From an uncultured virus (IMG/VR IMGVR_UViG_3300036823_000386) (taxonomy: Duplodnaviria > Heunggongvirae > Uroviricota > Caudoviricetes): 64,000 nt of DNA. The stretch is taken from the IMG/VR virus record IMGVR_UViG_3300036823_000386. The stretch is one strand, 5' to 3'. Of this stretch, positions 29,560 through 38,800 are shown piece after piece. Every line of letters begins with the position of its first letter. Positions within the stretch are counted from its first letter, which is position 1. The notes under the pieces were generated by a model. That model ran no database searches, was not told the DNA's origin, and saw nothing but the letters and a program-made list of their open reading frames with translations. The translations under genes were made by a program, and so were the position numbers.

Positions 29560-30297
29560 GTGCAAGCTGAGTTCGACATCCAGGAGGCGTATTATTTCGC
29601 TCGCCGCGCCCAAGCGGTTTATGACGAAAAGCCGACGATCTACGATCCGGTGACGGACACGGCGGTGATGATTCGCGAGACCGCCAAGCGAATCGAAATC
29701 GGTTTTCCGGGCACGCGCAATTTTCGCGACGTGATGAAGGACCTGGAAGTGTTGCGGTCAGCGCGTTTGATCGGCGGCGTGGTATGCGGGGTGCATCACG
29801 GTTTTGATTTGGCGTGGAATGGCGTGAGGGACGCGGTGATGGATTCCCTGAGCCGCATGGAAGCCGGAAAGCCGGTGGCGGGTTTTGGGCACAGCAAAGC
29901 GGGGGCGGTGGCGACACGTTGCCTGCCGGACATTTCCAAACTCACGGGCCGACCGATTGATTCGTGCTACACGTTCGGCGAGCCACGTGGCGGCGATGCC
30001 AACTATGCGCTGATGTGCGACGTGCTGTTTGGCGATCGGCATTGGCGCGTGGAAGACGGCGACGATGCCATCTGCCGTCTGCCCGGGTGGTTTGCGGGAA
30101 ACCGGCACAGCGGTCATTGCGTGCTGCTGAATGCCAATCGGCCGCAATACAAGATTGATCCGAACCTTTGGTTCAAGATCACGTCCGACGCGCTGGAAGT
30201 ATGGAAGGCAAAATTCACCGGGAACGTCATGGTGCTGGCGGAGGACCATCATGTGGACAAATACGTGGAGCGGTTTCGCCGGCTGACAATCAATTAA
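29560..30297 (+). CDS. Class 3 lipase (alpha/beta hydrolase)
   Basis: IGFPGT, VHHGF, GHSKAGA, YTFGEPR, DAICRLP, DHHVDKY. Confidence 0.85.
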   Translation: MQAEFDIQEAYYFARRAQAVYDEKPTIYDPVTDTAVMIRETAKRIEIGFPGTRNFRDVMKDLEVLRSARLIGGVVCGVHHGFDLAWNGVRDAVMDSLSRMEAGKPVAGFGHSKAGAVATRCLPDISKLTGRPIDSCYTFGEPRGGDANYALMCDVLFGDRHWRVEDGDDAICRLPGWFAGNRHSGHCVLLNANRPQYKIDPNLWFKITSDALEVWKAKFTGNVMVLAEDHHVDKYVERFRRLTIN

Positions 30298-30300
30298 TTT

Positions 30301-30594
30301 ATGGACGCGGAAAATAATTTTAACCTGATTGATTCGTTCGACATTGACGACGAGTCGTTGAAGGGTCTCACGCCGCAAATGATTTTCGCGCTCGGGGTGG
30401 AGTGGGAGCAATTTCGCATGCTGCTGAAGTTGGGCCGGAGATTTCGCTTGCTGGTGTTGCCGGCGAATGCGGAGCGGCTGGTGAAAATGGCGGAGCGCCA
30501 CGGGCGTTTTGTGGAAAGCCGCCCGAATATTTGCCCGGGATATACGGAGGTGTGGTTGGGAGATTTTTTGCCGACGGCGGCGCAACAAGGATGA
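30301..30594 (+). CDS. Hypothetical protein
   Basis: ATG after AT-rich leader; FALGVEW motif. Confidence 0.55.
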   Translation: MDAENNFNLIDSFDIDDESLKGLTPQMIFALGVEWEQFRMLLKLGRRFRLLVLPANAERLVKMAERHGRFVESRPNICPGYTEVWLGDFLPTAAQQG

Positions 30595-30765
30595 AAGATT
30601 TAATGAAAGGTGGTGATGAAACCATGAAGATACGAATTGGTGGATTGATGTACAGCCTGAAAGAATGCCTTCCGCGACTTTTCCTCGCGAGCATTGGACT
30701 GTCAAATCCAACGGCGTATTGCAACCGCGCACTGAACGCTTCGGCAAGTAGGGGCTGAATTTATT

Positions 30766-31653
30766 TTGAAAACCATTGTCTTAACGCAGGGAAATTTGCC
30801 GCTGATCAGCGCGACGCTCCATGGCCCGACGTGCGCGATCGTGGACCTGACGGGTTGCACGGTGCAGTTTGTGTTTGAGCAAAAGCTTGGGCCGATCATA
30901 CCGGGCGGCACGGGAAATAATTCGCCGTTCACCTTCACCGCGAATGCCACGGTGGTGGGATCGCCCGCGAATGGTCAGGTATCATATCAATTTGTTTCCG
31001 GGCAAACGAATCTTCCGGGCGAGTTCGAGGCGCAATGGCTGGTGACGAATACCGCGACGAGCGCGGTCACGGTTTATCCGGTGAGCAATGCGTTCAGCCG
31101 GTCCACGGTGATTCATTTTGAGATCAAAGCGCCGCTGCCGGTGGCCTCGCCGCAGACGATCGTACAGATCCAGCAGTTGCGCGTGCCGGTGCGCGTGACG
31201 CTGGGGGATTTCGACAAGTCGTTTCCCAATTACAGCGACGAGGCGATTGACGACGTGGTGCGGACCAAGCTGATGTGCGGCGAAGTGCCCGGGCAAAAAT
31301 TGGGCATGGACCGCAAGAGCATCCTCCCCGGCATCACGCAGCCGTGCGATTTGGCGCGTCTGATGTATAAGGCGGCGCTGACGTTCAAAGCGCCGGAGAC
31401 GGCGCAGTATTCGTACCGCACGCGGGCCATCGAGGAGAAGTTTGGCCGGGAGGATTTTTTCATCCGCGAATTGCAGAACGCGATTTACGAGCTGGATAAC
31501 GGCCGGATGTTCGACAGCTTCCAAAGTTTTTACGGCTGGGTGAACGCGCTGCGCGGTTTGGATATTTGGGGGTTGATGACGGACATGAATGTGAATGCGC
31601 CGGTAATGGCGGTGAGCATTGGACCGGCGGGCATAACGGTGCAGACCCGGTGA
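30766..31653 (+). CDS. BppU-N-like domain fused to putative head-tail connector
   Basis: VDLTGCTVQF...ANGQVSYQF...GEFEAQWLVT then VRVTLGD...YSDEAIDDV. Confidence 0.5.
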   Translation: MKTIVLTQGNLPLISATLHGPTCAIVDLTGCTVQFVFEQKLGPIIPGGTGNNSPFTFTANATVVGSPANGQVSYQFVSGQTNLPGEFEAQWLVTNTATSAVTVYPVSNAFSRSTVIHFEIKAPLPVASPQTIVQIQQLRVPVRVTLGDFDKSFPNYSDEAIDDVVRTKLMCGEVPGQKLGMDRKSILPGITQPCDLARLMYKAALTFKAPETAQYSYRTRAIEEKFGREDFFIRELQNAIYELDNGRMFDSFQSFYGWVNALRGLDIWGLMTDMNVNAPVMAVSIGPAGITVQTR

Positions 31654-31656
31654 TAA

Positions 31657-32079
31657 ATGAAAGCGATTCCACTAAAATCCAAAGACGGCCAGATGGTTCA
31701 ATGCGAGCCGAGTGAGGCGACGCATGTCAGGTTGCATTTGCCGGGGCCGACGAGCCAATTAACATTGCCGGTCATCATCAAGGGAACGCGTGCGGGAACC
31801 GGTTGGTGGACGTGGAACGGAGACTGTGAGAAGCCCACCTTAAAACCAAGCGTGCTGCTCACATCCGGCCATTTTGCGAAAGAATTCGACGCATCAAAAG
31901 ATACATGCTGGTGCAAATATAATAAGGAGCATCCGAATGAAACGCCGGTCTTCCATTGCTTCCGCTGCCACACCTGGATCAACGACGGGATAGCCCAGTT
32001 CCTAGACGATTGTACTCACGCCTTCCGCGGGCAATCGGTCGAATTGCTGGAAGTCGAATTGCCGGTCGCGACGGCGTAA
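31657..32079 (+). CDS. DUF6527-like protein
   Basis: WTWNGDCEKPTLKPSVL...CHTWINDGIAQFLDDCTHAFRGQSV. Confidence 0.7.
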   Translation: MKAIPLKSKDGQMVQCEPSEATHVRLHLPGPTSQLTLPVIIKGTRAGTGWWTWNGDCEKPTLKPSVLLTSGHFAKEFDASKDTCWCKYNKEHPNETPVFHCFRCHTWINDGIAQFLDDCTHAFRGQSVELLEVELPVATA

Positions 32080-32085
32080 ATACCA

Positions 32086-33021
32086 ATGAACTTGAATTTG
32101 ACGAACCAATTTGTGCTGACGTTGCTGGAGGCGAAGATCTCGCTTTATCCGGCGGCGGCGGATGGCTCGATTTCGGGCAACGCGCTTTGGAACGGTGCAG
32201 ACGCGGAAAGTCTTTCGGTGCGGGAACGCTGGATCAAAGGCGAGACGCGGCCAACGGGGGTGAGTTATCCGCGGCGGCATCCGCTGATCCAACAGTTCGA
32301 GATTTCCCTTGGACGGGTGTGGGCGTTGCAGATCACGAACGCGGGCGGGTTCACGACGGTTCCGCAATATTATGTCCTCGATATCGTGTGGACGGACGAG
32401 GACACGGGCAACTGGCATCGTGAGACGTTTTACAACGTGACGATCAGCGAGCGTTCGCGGAACAGCCGGACGATTGACGAGGGGTTCACGGATGAAATGG
32501 TTTTCGATTCGGAATATATGGCGCCGCCGACGGGTGGCGAGGGAGCGGTTCCGGCGGTTTCAACGACGCTGCCGTATTACGTTTTGTGGAACGGGCCGGA
32601 CGGCGTGATGCCGCTGTACAATTACGATCCGGTGGCGCAAACTTTTGCGGAAGTGACAACAGGCATCAGTGCCACGCGCGCCGTCCTGGCTTACAGTCCG
32701 ACCAATCGTTCAGGAGATTTCACCATCACGTTCGACGGCGCTTCCGGCCCGGCGCTCGAAGTCAATGCGGACCAGGGTTTGGTGGTGACGGGCTTGATGC
32801 AGCGCGCGCCGGACATCAGCGCAGTCCCGCGGGTGGATTTTTATTACGGCAACGTGCGCGTGGCGTCGGTAGATGCGGCGGGGAATCTGTACGGAGCCTC
32901 GTTTGACGACAGCGCGCCGACTTCGGGGACGGGAGTGTTTTCCATATTTGCCGACGGCGCGGTGGCGCTGACGCTGTCCGGCCCGGCGATCATGACGGAA
33001 TTTGTTCAAGAAGGATCATGA
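32086..33021 (+). CDS. Putative virion (tail/neck) protein
   Basis: Beta-rich, within morphogenesis cluster. Confidence 0.45.
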   Translation: MNLNLTNQFVLTLLEAKISLYPAAADGSISGNALWNGADAESLSVRERWIKGETRPTGVSYPRRHPLIQQFEISLGRVWALQITNAGGFTTVPQYYVLDIVWTDEDTGNWHRETFYNVTISERSRNSRTIDEGFTDEMVFDSEYMAPPTGGEGAVPAVSTTLPYYVLWNGPDGVMPLYNYDPVAQTFAEVTTGISATRAVLAYSPTNRSGDFTITFDGASGPALEVNADQGLVVTGLMQRAPDISAVPRVDFYYGNVRVASVDAAGNLYGASFDDSAPTSGTGVFSIFADGAVALTLSGPAIMTEFVQEGS

Positions 33022-33452
33022 GAAGCAGAATTGGGAAAATCATAAACCGGCTGGCGGCGAATCTCGAGGAGAACGGGACGCTGGTGAAGGTGACGTGGGC
33101 GGTTTATCCGGCGGGCGCGATTGACCCGGTGACGCAAAGCAAGACCGGGACGCCGGTCGAGGAAAGCATTTGCGTGCGCGCATTCCTGCATTTTCCCGAG
33201 CCGGCGAACAACACGGGCGTGCAACAATTCAATGAGATCGAGCGGGGCGATTGCATCGCGGACTTTCATCAGGACACGCCGCTGGATGGGAAAGACAAGC
33301 TGGAATTTATTTTTTTGACGAATGAAGGCGAGCCGATTGACGGTCAAAAATGGGTGGCGAAACCGACTTCGGAAAAGCTGACGCAAACCTGGGGTGCGGT
33401 GGTGCGCGGCCAGCGGTTGATGCGGACGGTGTTGTTGAGAAAAGCCACGTGA
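33018..33452 (+). CDS. Putative head-closure protein
   Basis: IDPVT...IERGD...size and synteny. Confidence 0.45.
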   Translation: MRSRIGKIINRLAANLEENGTLVKVTWAVYPAGAIDPVTQSKTGTPVEESICVRAFLHFPEPANNTGVQQFNEIERGDCIADFHQDTPLDGKDKLEFIFLTNEGEPIDGQKWVAKPTSEKLTQTWGAVVRGQRLMRTVLLRKAT

Positions 33453-33455
33453 GCC

Positions 33456-34136
33456 ATGCGAATTGAATCGAACATTGTGGGTGTGATTCGGCAGACGGAA
33501 CGGCTGATCCAGCGGGTTCCGGAAGCGGCGGCGCGCGTATTGCGGCCGGAGCATTGGCGCGACGAAGCGGTGGAGATCGCCACCAAAGTTTTGAATGTGC
33601 TGGCCGCGCCGGCGGAACTGAAATTTGTGCCGATGTTCATTTCCAGGCTGGCGGTGGGTTTGTTCGACGGCGGTTTGAGCATCGGCATGAGCACGCCGTT
33701 CCCGGCGTTGCACGACATCCTGGCATCGGCGCAGGCGGCGGCGGGCGTGACGGCGAACAAGGATTTGGGCATGGGCCTGTTTGATCTGCCGGTGGCGGAG
33801 TTTGAGGAATTGATTTTGAAATGGGTGGAGGCCTCGGAGGCCGAAGGCGGCAAGCGGCGCGACGAACGGGACGCGGGCAAGACAGGCGAGGAAATTGCGC
33901 GATTGATTTCCTACATCATGCTCACGCCGCGGCCGGGGGTGAAGGCGTTGATCGCGCGGCAAAGATTGGCGCCGCATATCACGGCGTTTCTCGCGGCGGG
34001 ACAGGCGGACCGGCTGCCGCCGGAGAAGGTGGATTTGTGGTTGCGGGCGGTGCTGGGCGCGTGGCGCGAGATGGTGCGCGCTCGGTTTCGCGTGAAGATG
34101 ATGGGCGAGTTAAAAGCGATGAAAGGCGAATTATGA
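33456..34136 (+). CDS. Putative neck/tail-completion protein
   Basis: Basic helical protein after head-closure gene. Confidence 0.4.
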   Translation: MRIESNIVGVIRQTERLIQRVPEAAARVLRPEHWRDEAVEIATKVLNVLAAPAELKFVPMFISRLAVGLFDGGLSIGMSTPFPALHDILASAQAAAGVTANKDLGMGLFDLPVAEFEELILKWVEASEAEGGKRRDERDAGKTGEEIARLISYIMLTPRPGVKALIARQRLAPHITAFLAAGQADRLPPEKVDLWLRAVLGAWREMVRARFRVKMMGELKAMKGEL

Positions 34137-34381
34137 GTCGAACGAACGGACAGGATTTCAAACCGAAACATACCGAGGGAGCGGTCAGCGCGGAGACGCG
34201 GTATGTGCCGCATCAAGCCTCATGGAATGATGGCCATGAGAATTTTCAGCGGATACGGAAAAATAAACTTTGGGAAAAGCTGTATGCGAAACGGTCGGCA
34301 GGCGCCGACGGGTCAATAGAGAAGGCCAATGCGGAATCGGGAAATGGGGAAACCAACGCGCCGGTTTACAACGTCACGTAA
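34133..34381 (+). CDS. Small hypothetical protein
   Basis: ATGA overlap upstream and TAATG overlap downstream. Confidence 0.5.
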   Translation: MSRTNGQDFKPKHTEGAVSAETRYVPHQASWNDGHENFQRIRKNKLWEKLYAKRSAGADGSIEKANAESGNGETNAPVYNVT

Positions 34382-34980
34382 TGCCATCGCTCAATTCCAG
34401 TGCGGTCAATGGATTGAACCTGGAGGGTTCGGTGCTGGCTTTGTTTGCGGAATTCCTCGCGGGCTTTTTTGACGGCGGCAATCACGCGATTGGCGCAAAT
34501 GGGGCGGTAAAGTTTCCGGTGGCGCAGTTGCGATCGCAGGAGGCGCCGTTGCCGAAGACGCTGGATGCGGCCATCGGCCTCAGTACGGTTTGGGTGGCGC
34601 CATCGAGCGTTTACACCTACTGGGACACGCTGACGCAGGCGGAGATTGCGGCGTTGCCCGAGGGCTCGGAACCGGCGGTTCGCCAGCAGCGCGCATGCGG
34701 CCATGCCACGATTTTATTTTTAATCCGGTCTTCCGAGACGGGCGGCGATCCGAACGCGCAAAAGCAGGTGCAGGACGGCGCCGGGTTGTTGTTCGGGTTA
34801 TTGCAGAATTCGCTGGCGACGGAACCGCTGGCTCAAAAGGGCATTCATCGGCTGCGGCCGATGCCGCCGCGCATGGCGTTTCCGGGTGACGGCGCGCCTT
34901 CAGCGGACCTGGCTTACCGGCTGCGGATTCTTTCGTGCGCGGTGAAATTGCGCTGGCCGTTGGTGAGCCAGCAGGAATGA
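34381..34980 (+). CDS. Putative tail terminator protein
   Basis: Synteny before tail chaperone; ATG 34381. Confidence 0.4.
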   Translation: MPSLNSSAVNGLNLEGSVLALFAEFLAGFFDGGNHAIGANGAVKFPVAQLRSQEAPLPKTLDAAIGLSTVWVAPSSVYTYWDTLTQAEIAALPEGSEPAVRQQRACGHATILFLIRSSETGGDPNAQKQVQDGAGLLFGLLQNSLATEPLAQKGIHRLRPMPPRMAFPGDGAPSADLAYRLRILSCAVKLRWPLVSQQE

Positions 34981-35016
34981 GGTTTCAAGTTTCAAGTGTT
35001 CAGTTTCAAGCAAGAC

Positions 35017-35041
35017 GGCGGAGCGGCAGCTCCGCCCTACC
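35017..35041 (-). repeat. GTAG-type REP-like hairpin
   Basis: Reverse strand GGTAG-GGCGGAGC-TGCC-GCTCCGCC. Confidence 0.55.
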
Positions 35042-35071
35042 GTTGAGAGTGTGGAAATAACAAAATAAAAA

Positions 35072-35557
35072 ATGAAAAATAAAAAAGTCAAAGCAGGGGA
35101 AGGCAGCGCGGCGGTGGTGGTGAAAATCGGGTCGCTGGACGAATTGCAAACGCGCGTGGACGCGCCGTTGATCTGCCAGTTCGCGATGGATGGCGACGTG
35201 ATTGAACTCGTTTGCAAGCGGGTGAGCTTTGAGTTGAGCGAGCAGGTGCGCGCCCTGGAAAACAAAGTCATTCCTCCATTCGTGGAGAAGCGCGGGGATT
35301 ACGATTATTTCGATTTGCAGTATCGCGCCCGGAAGGAATTGGCGAAGGCGCAGGGGCGGTCGCTCTTGATTTATTTCGGCTGCCCGGTGGTGTCCGCGAA
35401 GAAACCGGGGCTGATGAACCCGGTGGACATCCACAAGTTCGTCAGCAGCATCCTCTCGGAAAACATTCTGGAATTTTTGGCGGCGACGATTCAGGGCGGC
35501 GGGATGGGAGTGGTTGAGCGCACAAATTTTACCTCGCCCAGCGCCTCGGAAAACTGA
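35072..35557 (+). CDS. Tail assembly chaperone (gpG-like)
   Basis: Upstream of tape measure; slippery heptamer near 3' end. Confidence 0.7.
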   Translation: MKNKKVKAGEGSAAVVVKIGSLDELQTRVDAPLICQFAMDGDVIELVCKRVSFELSEQVRALENKVIPPFVEKRGDYDYFDLQYRARKELAKAQGRSLLIYFGCPVVSAKKPGLMNPVDIHKFVSSILSENILEFLAATIQGGGMGVVERTNFTSPSASEN

Positions 35558-35838
35558 GGGGCTGGAAGCAGCGCGCGCGACCGGACGAGCCGGCGCTGCC
35601 GCCGTTTGACCAGGAGTTTTTGGAATTGCGAACGGCGAAGGCGTGGGGAATGACGCCGCGGCAATGGCGCGAAGCGGACGTGGACGACCGGGCGCGCATG
35701 ATGGCGTTTGAATTATTTTGCCAGACGCGCGACGCGTATCGCGACGAGTGGAAAGAGGACTGGCGCAAGCGCAATGAAAAGGGCGGCGGCGGAGTCAATC
35801 CATACGAGGCGATGAAAAAGCAGATGGGGATGGTTTAA
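35524..35838 (+). CDS. -1 frameshift extension of tail chaperone (gpGT-like)
   Basis: A AAT TTT at 35524..35530; -1 frame open from 35530 to stop at 35838 (...WGMTPRQWREADVDDRARMMA). Confidence 0.75.
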   Translation, partial: KFYLAQRLGKLRGWKQRARPDEPALPPFDQEFLELRTAKAWGMTPRQWREADVDDRARMMAFELFCQTRDAYRDEWKEDWRKRNEKGGGGVNPYEAMKKQMGMV

Positions 35839-35886
35839 GTGCGGAATGCGGAGTGCGGAATGTGAATTTGGAAACCATTAAATATT

Positions 35887-38800
35887 ATGGGTGAACTTTT
35901 GGATGCAGTTGAGTTGCGGGTGACGGCGCCGAAGTTGCCGTTGCCCGGGTTGGAGGAGGCGCATCGCAAGCTCGTGGCGATCAGCGGGGAGTTGCAATCG
36001 GTTCAGAACCGCATCAACGCGGTTTCCACCAGTTCGGCATTTACGCGGACGGCGAAGGGGATTGAAGATGTTTTAAAACAATTCCAATCGAAGCGCGGCA
36101 AAGGCATCAGCCAGGCGGACGCCGCAAAAATGCTCGGCTTCGATCCCAAGGATGTCCGTCAATATTTCCTCCGCGAACAGGAGAAGTTGGCGCAGGCGAT
36201 GTCGGCGGCGGAAAACAAGCGCAAGACGTTGCGCGGCTCGCAACACGATTCGGCGCGCAAAGACTTGCTCGCAAAAGAGAAAAAATTGCAGTCCGATTTG
36301 CAATCGCTTCGCCGGACATTTGAAGGCCAGAACCTGAACATTTCCGGGGCGGGAAGCGCGGCGAAGTTTTTTTCCGGTTATCAAAAGGCGGCGGTGCGGT
36401 CGGCGAAAGATCCGGTGGATGCGTTGCGAGCGCTGTTCGGCGGCGGCGGGGGCGGCGCGCCGGGGACGATCGGCGTGGGTGGCGGGAAGATTGATTTGAT
36501 TATTCCGGCCTCGCAGATCACGGCGACGATTGGGCCGGGACCGATCGGGGTGAACATTCCGGCGGGTTCGGTTTCGGGTGGTGGTGGTGGGAATGGTGGC
36601 GGCGGTGGGCGCGGTGGCAAGGGTGGCAAAAAAGGTGGCGAATTCTCGGAAGGAGATGGCGCGCTGATCGAGGAGCGGACGGTGACAACGGCCGATTCGA
36701 AATTGGTTTCGCGGAAAAATTACGAGGGCGCCGGCGAGACGGTGGAAAATATTTTCAAGGAAGTGGAGGGGCAGCTTGAGCAGGTCAAGCAGGTGAGCAT
36801 CAGCAGCCCGGCGCGCGCGGCGAAACAACAGTTGCAACAGGAGATCGCGGGTATTCGCGCGGAGATGGAAGGCCTGCTTGCAGGAACGAATGACCCGCGA
36901 AAGATAGCGGCGATCCATCGGAAGCAGGCCCAGCAGTTGGGCGGGATATTTGGATCGGCGGACGAGCCGAGCGAACGCGCCACGGAATTTGAAGCGCTGG
37001 GTTTGGGCACGGTGGTTTCGCGGACGCGTGGGGCGGCATCGAAACTTGAGGGGCGCGGCAGTGATCTTGCGCAAAAGGCGATGCGCGATGACTTGAAAAA
37101 ACAGGGAGCGATTCGCAAGGCGCTGGCAGCGGCGCGCGCCAAGGGTGAGGCCGAGGAAGCAGCGCGGTTGAACGCGGAGCGGCGCGCGAATGAAAAACGG
37201 ATTCGCGATCATAACCGGTTTCTCGCGGCGGGCCAGCGCAGTACCAACCAAGCCGCCGCGCAGGCGCAAAAGGTAGCGAACCTTAACCGCCAGCAAGCGC
37301 AGGCGGCGGCGTATAAAACGCTGACGTATCAGGGCGCGGATTCGGCATGGGCGGATTTCATGCGCACAGGTGGCCGGCAGATTTCGGACCGGCAAAGTTT
37401 ATTGCCGGGCGGCGGGCGGCGGTTGGTGGGTGAACGGGAAACCAATGGGCGCAAAGAAACCATGACGGTCACGTATGACCAGGCGGGCGCGAAGATTGAA
37501 CGGCTCACCAAGGCCATGAGCGAGTCGCGCAAGGAGGGCGGTTATCTGGCCAGTGATTTTATCAAGAACACGGCCAAGGTGGCGACGTGGGCGGCGAGCG
37601 TGGGCGTGCTTTACAAAAGTCTCGAGCTGGTGACTTACAGCATGGGCCGGCTGGTGGACATCGGGCCGCAGGTCGGACGGTTGGACCAGGTGTTCAAAGG
37701 CGTGGGCGGTTCGGCGATGGCGCTGACCGAGGACATCATCGGGCTCGCGGCGGCGAATGGATCCTCGACCGAGCAGGCGATGGAGGCGGCGATCCAGTGG
37801 TCGCGGCTGGGCCTGACGCGGGTGCAGGTGAACGAGGCGGTGCGCGTCTCGCTCATGGCGGCGAACGTGGCGCAGATTGACGCGCTGGAAGCCACGGAAA
37901 AAATGCAGGCGGTGATGCAGGCGTATGGGCTGGATGTCAGCGACCTGCGGAGTGAGCTGGGGCAGATCGTCCAGATTTCCAATTCATACAACGTGACCAA
38001 CGAGGACATGCTGCAAGGGCTTTCGCGCGTGGCGGCGGTGGCGCGGCAGGCGGGTTTGCCACTGGCGGAATTGCAGGGCATTCTCGGCGCGACGATTGGC
38101 GGAACGGGACAGAGCGGATCGAACATCGGCAATATGATGAAGAGCGTGATTCTCTCGCTGAGCAATCCTGACCTTCAGAAAAAATTGCGGCAGAATTTCA
38201 AATTCGAGACGAGCACGGGCGGCGAGGAAATCAAAGGCATGTCGGCCTTGCTCTCGGATCTGTTCGTCAAATACCAGCATTTGAACCAGCTTCAGCGGCA
38301 GAGTTTGTTGTTCACGGTCGGCGGCAAGACGCAGTCCTCGCGGTTGGAAGCGATGCTCGATGGATATATCAAGGCGCAGATTCTGGCGGTGAACGCGCAG
38401 TTGCATTTGAACACGGCAGAACAGGAGAACGCCAAAATCGTTGCGACGTTAAAAAATCAGTTGAAAGGTTTGACGGCTGAATGGGAAAAATTCGTAGTAA
38501 TTCAAGGCAGTAACGGCCCAGCGCAGGCGATGACGGCCACCGCAACCGCATTCCACAATTTGCTCAGTCTGGCGAACACGCCGGCGGCAAGCTGGCTGAC
38601 GACGGCGATCGGCGGTTTGCTGGCGGCGGGCACCGCGAAATCCATTCTAACAGGTTTGAAGGGAGGGGACGGTTTCCTGGGGCGAAGTCAAGGTCACATC
38701 CGGCAAGTGCTCGGAGAGTTTAACGGTTCCATGATGCAGCTTTATGCGAATACCGTTGGCGGCGCGCTGGCAACCAATGTGGGGACGCGGCAAACGGGAA

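Noticed and set aside
35546..35557. G GAA AAC as alternative slippery site
   Set aside because: Not a canonical X XXY YYZ heptamer; A AAT TTT upstream fits better
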